Shown piece by piece: positions 1-33,400 of a DNA stretch of 64,000 nucleotides (positions within the stretch are counted from its first letter, which is position 1; each line of letters begins with the position of its first letter). Location: positions 310,001-374,000 of the forward strand of contig JAQGDQ010000097.1 in assembly GCA_030141605.1 (NCBI GenBank). The letters are read 5' to 3'. The DNA is from Tubiluchus corallicola (taxonomy: Eukaryota > Animalia > Priapulida). A model generated the notes under the pieces. The model was given only the letters and a program-made list of their open reading frames with translations, was not told the origin of the DNA and ran no database searches. The position numbers and the translations under genes were made by a program.

Positions 1-177
1 ACTTTTTTCAGGCGCATGGTTCAAGGGACGCCAGCCTTATAATACTTTCTCCTTTTTAATGGATGTCACCTCATTGGGCAAATACGCTAACACTAATAGC
101 ATTTACCCGGCATGTTGAGATCACCATTATACTAAAATTTGTATTGAACTAATATAAGCTTTAGTAGTTTCAATAAC

Positions 178-461
178 TAGGGGTGAGCAGCGAACGTTCG
201 AGTTTTTTTAGTTCGTTTCCAAGTCAAACCTAAAACTATAGATTCGAATAATTCAGCACTTTAGCCACATGCGTTCTTTATCATTAAAATGCTTGAAACA
301 GCATGCAATTAGCACAATTTAGCTGCAATTTTAACAAACTAATAGAGGTTGTACTGCAGAACAAAATCAAGTAACATGTATGATCTTTGTAAAACCACTT
401 TTTACGAGTGGTTCGAAAACTCGATTCGAATTCGCTTTCTGGTAGAGAATGCTCACCCCTA
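178..461. mobile_element. hAT-like MITE (non-autonomous DNA transposon)
   Basis: Perfect 12-bp TIRs TAGGGGTGAGCA (178-189) / TGCTCACCCCTA (450-461), flanked by near-identical 8-bp TSD TCAATAAC / TTAATAAC; 8-bp TSD and TAG terminus are typical of hAT. Confidence 0.75.
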
Positions 462-932
462 TTAATAACAGCCAGATATAGCATAAACAATTGAGTTAAT
501 GCTTAATAACAAGATGTATTGCAGAGTCTTTATAATGTTCATGCACCAAGTATAAGACGTAACGGCTATATAACCTATTGTTGGGGAAGTACAAAATAAC
601 GTACTGCTAATACACAACAATTTATTTCATTAAAATCTTGTTGAATTACCAGAGAATTTTTCACGCCCCAGAGTAATAGTATGCAAGTCTTGCGAATCTT
701 GTTCAGCTTGCAGTATTGAAGGGTATGATTGGAGCACTGAACTGCAAATTTAGGGACTAAATTTTTCAATCGAACTGAATGGACTGGACACGACCCTCGA
801 GATTCCCGCACGAAGCTTCCTCATTTAAAGCTGAGAGCATGTTTCCGATCAGCAATACTTTGGTGTAATAAATTTTTCTGTACTACACTACTAGTTGGCT
901 TGTAACACAACTGCTTTGAAAATTTAACTAAA

Positions 933-935
<3 letters not shown>

Positions 936-978
<43 letters not shown>

Positions 979-1036
979 ATTATAAAGTGGTTTTAAAATT
1001 AACTGTTTTTTTAATTAATTAATTAATTAATTAATT
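936..1036. repeat. (TA)n microsatellite followed by (TTAA)n low-complexity tract
   Basis: Direct reading of sequence. Confidence 0.9.
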
Positions 1037-1482
1037 ATCTTTTTAAATTAATTAATTGATAATTAAAATTATAATTTTGATAGAAACTTCATTATTATTA
1101 ACTGTTGCAGGTTAACTCGGCATAGTCTATGTAATAAAACGCAGTTTTGTGCCAAGATGCATCGAAGCATGCTCACATTGGTGAACTTGACACGTTTTCC
1201 AAGCACTAGCGTTTAGTTTTAGGTGAACCCATTAATTTCCTCCAGCGTGCGTGCTGTTGAAGAGTTCGTGGGCATGCTCTACTAAAGAAAACGCGCAGAT
1301 CAGTGCGCCTTAACCGGGTGAAGTTAGCGTCACAGAAAACTATTACAGTAGCGCTCCAGTGTGCAAGGAAACATGCTTATCTACTTCGTGATTTAAGTTC
1401 ATTTATAATTAGTTAATTAGCACTCTATTTTGCTGCTGTGTCAGCTTTCATAATAGCCGGTAAAGAATTTTGCACGGCCAGT

Positions 1483-21525
<20,043 letters not shown>

Positions 21526-22496
21526 AGTTACCGGTTTCTACTTGGCTACTAAATCGACATTCTTCCATAGTATGAGAGTTATGTAAATGAAATGTTGCTA
21601 TTTAGACAGTTTGTAAACAACGAAAATCTAGTGAATTAAATTCTGGTGTACTGAAATCTATTCAAAATGTTATAATCTAGTTAGATTTGTTCATGATATT
21701 ATTACTTCAATGTTTCTACTGCCATTTTAATGGCAATTTTTATTTTATAGTATATCCTTTTTGTGCAAATCATGACTGGTTTATTGTTTAGAATTTACGT
21801 TTGCGTTTTTACTTTTGTAAGCAAATCAAAACTTCTGGTATTCACTTATGTAATATTCGGACATTTATACTTTGGCTGCACTAGCACTTTTTTTGAATTA
21901 TTGCTTACAAATTGACAGTGTTTGTACGTTCTCTTAGCAGAGATGCTGCTGTTGTTATACCAACCAAGGCTTAACTTGTGTTTACATTTTGAAGCTGTTA
22001 CATGCGTAGAATACACGTAAATCCAATTTCTTAGTGACCAAAAATATTGTACAATCACTGAATTGTGTAGTATTGAAGCTTAAAGCTTTCATTCGACTGC
22101 CAAAATTGTGCTTTCATTTTGCTTCTTTCTGACGGTGCTTGCAAGTATAGAATAACGCACAAACCTTTGCAGACCAAATACACATTGCTTGCTTTTACAT
22201 ATTATAAACCCTAAAATTTTGCCTATTGTTTTTTTTTAATTTTACCTATGTTTTCATTTTTGTTGGCAAAGCCAATGAATATGCAATAGTATTTTGCTTG
22301 GATTTTTCCTACTTGGGAGAAATGTGGCTATGAAATAAATCAAATTTTAGTATTTTTACATATTTACATTTTGCAGTGAAGACATGGAATTGTAGGAATT
22401 TTTGTTGTTGATATTTAAAGGTTTATATTGATCGGGTCGTTGGTTTAGTTAGTTTTCCCAAACTACCAACAGCTGGCTATGTTTTTCTGAGAAATG

Positions 22497-22502
22497 AATA
22501 AA
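22497..22502 (+). promoter_or_regulatory. Candidate SQOR polyadenylation signal AATAAA
   Basis: AATAAA ~1 kb after the stop, followed by GT/T-rich sequence; another AATAAA at 22334-22339. Confidence 0.35.
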
Positions 22503-22919
22503 TGTTGTTAGTAATTAATTTTAACTATGTATGTCTCTTATATATGCTGTACTTTTGATTTGTTTACCACTTAAAGTTGTATGACATTATACGCAGATAA
22601 AAAAAGTATAATCACTGTTTGTAGTGCGAAAAAAGCACACTGCATGTGTGTTTTGCCGCATGTACTAAAATGTTAGGTTACAACATCGCTAACAAAATTT
22701 TTTCCATATGTAATGTTCTTCAAGAACTTATGCATTTTTAGAAACTTATTTCAAGCTGTTTGTTCAAAAAATTACCGTTAGTGGACTTAAAAGGTTTTTA
22801 TGCAAGTGTTTATTTGTATATTGGTTTATACAGTTTATTTAGCAGTAAATGTATGTTCAATTTTGGAATCGGGTTCAGTAACTATGAGCTGTGAGTGAAA
22901 TTGCAGATTTATCATAATA

Positions 22920-23258
22920 CAGTCAACACTCGTTAAACCGGACTAATTGGGGGGTGGGGGGGGGTGGCTGGTCCGGTTTAGCCGATTGTCCGATTTATCC
23001 GATATGCCTATATATGGTCTATATTATTCAGGAATAATCACCTTAATAAGGCCTATATACATTGCACTATATACTATATTGTATATTACTTTAAAATAGT
23101 TAACCTGTGAGGATAGAGAAACTATTGTACACTTGGTAGGCCGTGTAGTGTTTAGCGCTCCGGCTCGGGCGGAAATCGGTCAGTTTCCTTTACCACGGAT
23201 GACGTCCGTCTTATCCGATATCCGGGCTAACGGGGTCCGGTTTAACGAGGGTCGACTG
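22920..23258. mobile_element. Tc1/mariner-pogo (Tigger-like) MITE
   Basis: 24-bp TIRs CAGTCAACACTCGTTAAACCGGAC / GTCCGGTTTAACGAGGGTCGACTG (2 mismatches), TA target duplication on both sides. Confidence 0.85.
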
Positions 23259-23499
23259 TATTGTTAATATTTCAATATAATTTTTTTTACTAATATAACA
23301 TGTTTTGATTAGTTTATGAAGGAATGGCAATTTTCTGAAATACAGGATGGTATGTAAGCTTTTGCTAAAGGAGGGTGCAGAAACAACGAGTACATCAAAG
23401 TCTTGCTGAAACAATGGAGAATATCACCTTGGGTGCTTCCATTATGCAACACAGTAGCACTCGTGATGTGATGCCGTGCTCCCCAATCCGCTGCCACAT

Positions 23500-23700
23500 T
23501 GTCAAGTATCTACGCTGTTTAAGTCAAGTGGAGTATTTGTCTTTCTTCAGAACATGTAAACTTGTGATCAGCAGCCCTCCTCTTGGTTTCTTCCCATGTA
23601 TTAGTGTTTGATGTAATGCCATAGTAAGTGGAGAATCCTATGGTGATCTAATGACATGTCCAGTCCATCTAACCATAGAACATTTCAAATCAGGATCTAC
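23500..23700 (-). mobile_element. RTE-clade LINE 3' remnant
   Basis: Minus strand reads VRWTGHVIRSP*DSP...IHGKKPRGG, resembling the RWxGHVxR...GKRPRGRP C-terminus of RTE ORFs; in-frame stop. Confidence 0.55.
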
Positions 23701-26700
23701 ATGATTTAAGAAAGAAAAAGGAATGGAGTGAAGTCACACAGAAGTGTTGGATTAGATGAATAGAGAATCTACTGTGCCTTAAATGTCTAACGTGGAAGCC
23801 ATCTTGCACAGTCTGCAGTCTTCTGGGGTGTGATCTAGGAAGTCAGTGGTGTGTTCTTGACTCATCTTAGTCTCACTCTGTTCCTTAGGAGAGTTCTAAT
23901 GTATGCAGTTGGGTTGAGATCCAGGTTATTCTCTGAGCTGTTCAGTTCAATAGAAAAATATCAGTCCACGAATTTGCGAGTCACTGCTGCGATAATACCC
24001 CTCAAGACTGTAGGCTGTGCGAGATGCAAATAACTTCCACACTAAATATTGAGGGCATGACAGACTCTATTGTTTCAGCAGCGTTTGATGTACTATACTG
24101 CCATATAACATTACTAGCTGTTTTTTGCCCTCCTAGTAAAAGGTTATGTACCACCCTTTAGAAGCTTGCGGAATGGTCGTAACATATTTTGAAGAATTCC
24201 TGCCCCAGACATGCTTACGCTATACTCGTGATGTACAGAATTTGGTATGCATCTGAATTACTTCAGTAATTGTTTATAGATAGTATATGGATAGTAACTG
24301 TTTATAGATAACTGTGAATGGTTTTGTTTTCTTATGGCAAATTTGTTGTTTTGTATTTTATTATTAATATATCTGAGAACTTTTACATTTTATTTTATAA
24401 CTGATTATGGAGCACATGTGCTAATGTTTGTCCAAGAATTTGTAGTTGTGAATATTAGAATTATGACATTTAGTGACGATAAATGCTACGATGTACCTAG
24501 TACTTGCATATGCTATAGTTTTGTATTTGTGAAGTAAAGTGTTTAGCTATAATCGAAGATGACTAATATTTAGTTTTGTACCTCTTAGCTTCATTCCTAT
24601 AACAAAAGTGTTACACTGCCATGATCACAAATCAATGTGTTAATTGCTGTTTGTATGCATTGGCATTTTTCAGTATGTGCACTCAATGGCAGAGCATCAA
24701 CTAATTATGTTGATAGTTGTGGCAGGACTGGAATTTAACTTCTGGGCACTCAAATATTCCCCCTCTTCAAAATGATTTTTTTTTGTTTCAAATGTTCTAA
24801 TTCTTATAATGATGAAAAAGCTGTCGTTGAGATAATCTTAAAATCCAGATTATTAAATTATACATTCTTAATCTATTGTTTGTAGCATAAATTGTGTGAT
24901 TTAAAAAATCATAGAAATGTGTATTTTTGACTCTTTGCCTACTGCTACATAATTAAGATGAAAACCATTATTAATGTGACAAACATATTTAGAATATAAA
25001 TGTTTTTTTCTACATTAATTTTCCCATGGTTAAAGCATATTTTGGAAGATAACTATGTCAACCTCATTATAATACCTCTCCCTCTTATAATACCAACCGC
25101 ACTTAATCCCAAATTTTTGGCAAAACAAAATGTCAAGTATGTATTACTGTAACTTGTTATAATGCCGAACTCGCTTAACGCTATTTTTTGCTGTCCCAAA
25201 GTAGGCGGTACAAAGACATTTGACTGTATGAGCATAAGGGCTACTACTAGATCAAGGTTATTTGCTGCAGAAGATTACTTTACGTTGTTGATATGATCAA
25301 ACAAATTTGATATAACTTCAGAAAGGAAATTACTTTAGGTTATAGGTGTGATCAAAGAGATTTTGATATACCTTCAGCACTATAACTATGACCATGGACC
25401 AATGTTTAAATATAATCACTATGAAAAAGTACATTTTTGTGTAATATGTGCTAAAGATTTTTTGAGCGGGAAAAATTGAAATAACTTTTGGACTATAAGA
25501 TGAATTTTGACTCAGTTTAAACCAGTATTTAAGCTGATTGATAAATTGATGAAAAATTTATGACTTTCGGTCAAAGTGGTCAACACCGCTTTACGAAAAT
25601 GGAAAAATACGATTCTTGTATGAGAGTTGATGAAAATATAATAATTGAGATTTTCACGTTCTTGTGATACTTATTATTTGAATAAGCCAAACAAGTATAG
25701 AAAGAGTGCAGAAGATCAAAGATTATGATAAAGTTTGAAGGCCCAAAGAAAATCGGTCATAATATTCTCGGTGGAGTAATAATTATGGGCAAGTGCTGCA
25801 GCTGCAGCAAGTTTGCTTTTGCAAAAAGAAGAACTTTTACTTATCTCAAAAATTTATTTGTAATAATAACTTGTTTACATACTAATCAAGCTTTGTGTGC
25901 ACGTGACATTTTCAATTTTTTTAAATTGGACATTGCCAAACAGGCTGCACAAAGTATCAATTAACGCGACGGCAAGACATTCACAGGTTCAAGCTTGGCA
26001 ATTATGATGCACAATTTACATCATTACAGATGTAACTAATCTGGGATTCTTAAGTTTATACTAACGGAAAACAACTGTTAAAAGACGTCAAAATAATTTA
26101 ATCTGACTAGGCGGCTAGACAAAAATATGAAAATCAATGCATTTACCATGAGAAATGACAGAGAGTACTGATAAACAGTTGAACATGAAAATTAAAAAAA
26201 ATATGATATATATATTTTCTTTACCTAACTTATAAATCGTTTATTACTGACAAGTAAATATTAATGACTTTTCAGTTTCTTATGTGAACAGAAACTATAC
26301 AAACTAATGTAACCGGGGACTACGTACACTATAAATATATTTTCACAGTAAGATTTATGTCCATTGAAAAAGCATCTTTGGTGCCTCTGCTGCCTATAGC
26401 GAAATTTTACGTAAGGTTTAACAGATGGCTTGTTGCTAAAGCTTAACATTCAGTTACTATCATAAGAATCATTGTTTCTTAGAAGCACGGCAGCAGACTC
26501 GATGACCCATATGGTACCTCGCTGTCTGTTCTTCTGCACCACTGACATTATGTCTACCTGATTTGCAATTGTTGATTTGTTGCATCATGTGCTTGATAGA
26601 TGAAAAATAAATTGTCTAAGTTGTGTCAAGAAAATAAAGAGCCTTGAATCATGTTCACACACTTCATCATACTTTCAGGAGTTTTAATAGTTAAACCACA

Positions 26701-27402
26701 AAAGAATCGGGTTATCCGTGACTCACGATTAATTATTAATGCAGCTCTGGTCAAGTCTAATCAATAATTAGTATCCAGCATAAGAACATACGATTAAAAT
26801 CAAAATATTGATAATTTGGTTAAAATGTCTATCAAAATACAATCTTGGCAAGATCTTTGAATCAGGAAAAATACAGGTAATTGCCAAACTGTAATTACAG
26901 GGCGGAATTGCTACTCCGTCATAAGGACATCAATCATTTATGTTTTTGTTGTTTTGCTTTTCAAATAACCATTACCCACTTACATTATTTAGGCATTCTT
27001 TTGCTAACATACACATAATACATATACAACAAGTCAACAACACTTTAGAACTACAGTATATGTTTAGATACAACTGTGACATACATAATAATTAACACAT
27101 ATATAAATGATATAAATTATATTCATAATTTATTAGTTGACTATGTTTTACACGCATTATATTTATAATTATATATGTATCACACTATACCAAGCAGATG
27201 ATGTTCTAATATCCATTGTCAGTATCAGCCACATTATAATGGAAATTATATAAACACACTTCTGATGATAAACAAAAACTGAATTTAATATTTTCAAGAA
27301 GTTTCTGTTGCTAAAACCGGAATCTTTACAAAACACACACAAACGTCTAGGAAAGGACAATACATTTATAAAACTTATATTTGCTTAATGCAAGCTTCAC
27401 GA

Positions 27403-27487
27403 TCATTTCTTCTTTCCCGGATAAGAGTCTTTCTTCTTGCTACCTTTGAAATAGGGTAAATCCATGGCTTGTTTTTTCAGTGCTTTC
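27403..27487 (-). CDS. PLCG: PLCG exon 32 (probable terminal exon)
   Basis: tttgcag|[28 protein letters not shown]; phase fits exon 31, but little homology support. Confidence 0.6.
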
Positions 27488-30400
27488 CTGCAAACATAAT
27501 AGAAGCACTAGTAGATAAAACAATTCAGGGTGCAGGCATCGGCATCTGGAAGAACGGACAAGATTTATGTGTGTGTCATGGTCACCCAGCAAAAGAAAAG
27601 GTAACAGTAAGAGGTAAATTTTCTGCAGCCAAATTGCGAAGCCATTAAGAGTTAAACCAGCTTTACATCTTTGTTTCTTTTGCTAATAGCTTGGCAGTAG
27701 AAAGGAACATAATGCAAATAAGTAATAGAAGCAGAGTAATAGGACTACATTGTATTATTTTAAATAATATTTAAGTAAATAATGAAATATGTGACAGTTT
27801 CTCAGAAATCTCAACCAAAGACAATCCAATAAAGGCACAAAAGCAATGCTAAATTGAAAAGGCTGAAAATTTTTGAACTCTACTGGGATTCGAACTCAAA
27901 GCCTTCAGCCTTTCAGGCAGCTATACTAATCATTAAAACACAAAGGCACTCGATTTTTCAGACTCAGAATTTACTCTGCCATTAGACGTTTATGAATAAG
28001 TAATCATAAGTCCGTGCTGTATCAAGTCATAGTACAAGATTAACACAATAAACTCAAATTTGTCGTTAAAATCTATTTGGCAACAAAGTGCAGACCTCAC
28101 TGCTCACTTTTACACAGCTATCAGCATTTTCAAGAAAAATAAAACCCGCTAAAATTGATTTTCTGAAAACATGTCAAATTGTATGGCACAGAACAGAATA
28201 GAAAGTATGAAACATTACAATTTGGTTTTCTTGGTTATGACTAGCTTTGCTAGCTTTAGAAATAGGCTTCATGACTTTTGCTGGATTTCTCAAAAACAGT
28301 CACACATATTAAATATATTAAGCCAAAACACAATACAATGCGTTTAAGGTCATAACAAATGTGTGTGCGGGAGTGAGCTAAAATCTGATTAAATTTACTC
28401 AGTCTACAAATAAACTACGCCAGTATGAAAAGTGCTGTTTATAGTTACTGAAAACAGAAAAAAATCCCAGAAAAACCAAGTTTAGAATGATGCAATCCAG
28501 TGACCAGGTGCCAGGGCATGAATAGAATTAGTGTTGCTGACCAGAACAGTTCAGAACTTGTGCCCAGTAGAGCAATCCCACCACCTCTACCAACTACAGC
28601 AGTCTTGTAGAAATATTTTAGCATGTGCACTTTACCAGTGTGTGCACTTAAAAAAACTAACCTATCAAGTTCCTCAGCTTCGAAGAACAGGAATCATGTG
28701 CTTCCAGCGCCCCTCTTTTCGGCAGCTAATATAAGAACATTACATAACGCTTACACGACATCATCTTCAACACAAATATGGGAACAAGAAAAGCAGCAGG
28801 TACGTGAACAAGAAAGACAGTAATTGTCTTGGTGATACATCTTGGAAAGGCCAAAATCAGACATATTTAACATTATAGCCTATATGTAGCAACAGCAGCA
28901 GAAACGTTGCAACATTGCACGGAAACTTTCCAGTTACACAGGTAGAAAGCAATCAGCAGCATTAAGTGGCACCTGTCTGGCAAATGTGTAGGCATTATAT
29001 GGATGCAGAATGGATAAAATCAGTTTATATTGTTATCAGGCCTGCATTATGCGTTATTTTTTTGTAACTATTTCCAATTGATTTTCTATATGCAACTATT
29101 CCGCAGATGAATAACGCATAATTACTTTGATATCTGTTAGTATTTGTACTGCCTTTCTACTATGTCCCATATAATTTCTGGCAAATGCATTTAGAAAGGT
29201 AAAAATCAGAAACATATTTAAAGTTAATATTTACAAGTAACTGTCATCTTTTGCTTAATTAAATTTAATTTATTAACACTCAATTAATGTTTACAGACAG
29301 TGTTGTCCAAACATATAACAACAAAACACTATGCATTTGTTTCGCCAAAGAGGAATTGGAAAAAGCTACATAAGCGAGTTGCACTTAAATCATGTTGTCA
29401 AGACAAGACGGCATTTTCAAGACAAAGAAAAATGAAGAGTAACAATACAAGCGAACATTGAAATATACAGAGCAGAGTGCTGTAAAAACACACTAATTTG
29501 CCAATGTAATTAAGTGTTACTGTTAGTTAAGACATCAACATGAATTTTGAGTGGTGTCAACTGTCTCTTGACATAGCTGCAACAATCTTACTTTCAATGT
29601 TCCCTTTACTCTCATGTTACACAAAGGGCAGTCGACCATGTAGTGCTTTACAGTTTCCCTATGATAACCTCAAGCACAACTTGAACCAACAATGTTTCCA
29701 GTACAATCCCTGCATCCGTGACTGTTAAGATCACCATTCAGTTGTGAAAAGACTACTTTTAATCTTGTGTGATGTGTCGCATTTGGATAAAAGTCATGTG
29801 TGTAGAATTTTGGATGGTCGAAAAAATTGAAATACCTTTATATTTTTTACAAATGACGATCAAAACATCATTTTATTTAACATTGTTCTACATTACAGAG
29901 GCTGTACCTACTACTTAGAAGAGGTGAACCACATGTAAAGTTTTGTTTTCAAAAAAATTAGCGATAATTTGAAATTGTATTACTCAGTCATGAAATTTAA
30001 CTCAATCGTCTATATATGTTCTCAACTAAGGAGCTACTAATTACCTAAGGTATGTTTGATCAGTGAACAACTGGATACCAAAGGTTACAATAAAGCAAAA
30101 AATATGTTCATAAAATACGTTCATCAAATCCAGATATAACTTTGATATTTACATATTTCCAAACTCACTTGTGCTTAGTGAACTTGCAAATGTATACATA
30201 CAAAAAAAAATAAAACAGTGTTTCATCCAAACAAGCAAAAGCAAGGCCTTTCATCGGTTTCTCTAGCTCAATAAAGGCCACTATGGGTGTTCAAGTAGTA
30301 GTGAAAGTGCAAGAAGTACACTCTTAGCTTAACTTTGCTCAATTAAAACAAAAACATCAGTAAAGTCTACCTACCTCTTCCGCCGCTCCTCTCTTTTCTC

Positions 30401-33400
30401 TCTCAGCTTATCCTCAACATTGGACTGTTGTAGACGCTTTGTTTGGACAAGGGCAAGGTTACCAGTCAATCTAGCTTCCTCTATTTCCAGGCAAAGCCTG
30501 TAGGACTCTTCCTGTAACTCTTGCAGAGTCTGATACATTTCTTGGTCCTCCTGCAACGATCAGAAGAGATTTTCGACAAGAATCAGAATTTCTACTGGTA
30601 CCATTGTTATACATGTGATTTACCATAAAGGTTCATTTGTAAAGTTTGTGACACGTGTATGGTCTGAGTGAAAAGAAACACTGTAACATCTAGAATTACG
30701 TAGGCTAAATGACTTACATTTGCACTTGCAATGTCCACAAATACTAACAGTGATGACAATTCCAACTCTCCACTGTAGCCATTTGTCAAGGGCACAGATC
30801 TAAAACCTAAAATAAAAATCGAATTTCAGTAAATGAACAAAAATTACACACAGGCAATTCATGTTAAAATAAAAAGTTTTTGTATACCAATAAACATTAC
30901 AGGAGTCATTTAAAGAGGTAAAAAAGTCTTCAGCAATACTAAAAATAGGATACTGAATATATTTTCGTATTTCTAAATACGAAAGGACTTATAAAAGTTT
31001 CTACAGACTTGTTTTAAGCATTAGTTTCTCTTACTAGTTTAGTTATTTGGTTATTTTCTTTCAGTGCTATACAACAGATTAAAATACAAATGCTACAGAA
31101 AATTGTTTCAAAGCAAAAAATAAAGTTAGCTAAATTAGCTCGAAACTTTTGAGGGTAGTACCTGTGCGTAAACCTCGTATTGGATATGTAGCCTGCCCAA
31201 TGAAATTTGGATCTCCGAATACATCTTCATCTTGTACGACAAAGCGGAGGAATGCTAGATCCGGGCAGTGGATGTCAAACTCACAGGTTTCATTCCACAC
31301 TGGATTAAAACCTCCTAAGTAGTCTGCATGTAAATAAGAAAAGAAATCAACAAGTATCTTTTTTTTACGTAGACACTAAATAAAGTGCTTCCACTAACGC
31401 ACTAAATATAGCATTGAATTACTATTTATTATCACAAATCACGTACAAGATATAATGCGAAATTGGACAAATTTACAGTAATCACAAAATTGTGAGCTTT
31501 ATTAATTAATTAGTCAAGCAGGCTAAAAAAGATATTGCTGAACTACTTTCTCAAAACGTATTCTTTACTGGGTTTTGATTTTTTGTTTTGAGTTTTTGAT
31601 CTTGATTCTTGGCATTTATTATGTACTACATTCAACGTTATAAAATAATTTCTCTTTTTTGGAAAGTGACAACGTATTTTTTTATTTATGCAGCTATACA
31701 TGCTTTCACTTGGCTATCTATGCTATTTCACTATAGTAGCACTTATAATGTAACAGAATGCCTATGCAGTCCCGCAAGTCTGGTTCACATTTTCTACTGT
31801 ACGTTACCAAATGTTGAGGTATATTAAGTGCACAAGAATTGATTCCACTTCAACTTAAACTCATGGCAATTACAAATGTACAAAGCCATAACATTAGATT
31901 TAGGACCATGGAATATCGAAATAAAATGCATTTCAAAAGCAATAAAGACAGTGACAAATTATTTCTATGTGTATATAAGTTTTGCCACTAATCACAGAAG
32001 ACCCTTGCTAATATGTTGTGAAAAATGAATTTTTTTTTCATTCAACAAATCATTTGGAATAAATAGCAAAGCAAGAGTAAATGTTAATCTGAATTTTTAT
32101 TTAGAATAATTCTCTCTCTAAGTAGGGTACACTCAACAAATCTGTTGAATAAATCCTTAAGGATTACAATCACACAATGATTTTTACAGAGAGGAGTTTA
32201 CTCACACGTACATAGGCATAAGTGAGCATGAGGTTGTGCGTGTGTGAATGTGTGTGCTTAGCATTGTCTGTGTATATATAGAATTCTTCCAGCATGTTTA
32301 ATTGTGTTTAAATACTAACTAGTTATATTTATATCAGTTTATTGTTTATTCATCGCCACCCCTTCACATATACATAGTGACGAAAATTAAAATTATCATA
32401 TCACACATTGTTTCAATTGTTAAACACAAGTGTTAAAGCCTAAGACATGTTAAATTGGACAATACAATATCTAGATAAACTAATGAGCATCATTGCTTAT
32501 CTTTATCCAGACTTCAACACTTTAATCTAATTGCATCATATGCCATAACGTAGCCTTGTTTTCTTTGAGAGTAACTCATTAACTTTTTATGGTACTGACA
32601 AGATAGCTCTCATCAAAGTTTGGTATTCATGACACTGATAACATACCCCTGTCATGACGGCTGGTCTTGAACTTATTACTAGAATGTATGTCATATTCAG
32701 TGCCGACAATCTCCACTTCGACAAATGGACTAGAGTAGCTGCGACCCGTCTTTGGCAAATGCCTTGCTGCTATTATCTGAAAAGGGGAAATTAAGTTATT
32801 AAGGTACTTTCATCTTTTAACAGGAATTTATCCCTAAAACAGAGTAGATTTGAAGCCAAAGTGCATCAGAATTTTGTGACTGAGTAGTTGAAGTTTTCTG
32901 CATTAGATGATATTGAAAGCATTTTTCAATTTTTTTGTCAAAAATTGATTTTTAATTTGTGTAAGGCAAGCAAATGCGTTTCAAATATAAATTTGCAAGA
33001 AAATCCATTATGTGAGGAGTAGAAACCTACAAAAATTATAAAATATAACATAATCACTGCTTAGTGAGAGCAGTTTTTCATGAACACATGCAAAATGCAG
33101 CAAACACTTATGGTCCTGAAAGAGTTAATTGCAACTATTAATATTATTTTTATTGTCTGCTTCATGCTTCAGAAAATTATATTCTAGAAGGAAAGTGTAG
33201 CTACTATTTGGAAAATAACAACCATTCTATTTTTTATTGTGTCAACTTAATCAATTCATTGAAATTCTAATTTACTCAGTGGTTCTTATGTAAGGGCAAA
33301 AGTACTAGAGTATTTACTGTTCCAATTTGTCTATTGACTTCCTATAGCTTTTATACATGAATTTGTATATTCACTGATTTGTCAATTCTTTCATCCTAGT

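Noticed and set aside
575-840. Possible exon(s) of a divergent gene upstream of SQOR
   Set aside because: Splice-like sites exist, but no recognisable protein or consistent multi-exon frame could be built
25050-25228. Second Tigger-like MITE ending in TTTGACTGTA
   Set aside because: Only one terminus visible; no matching left TIR found
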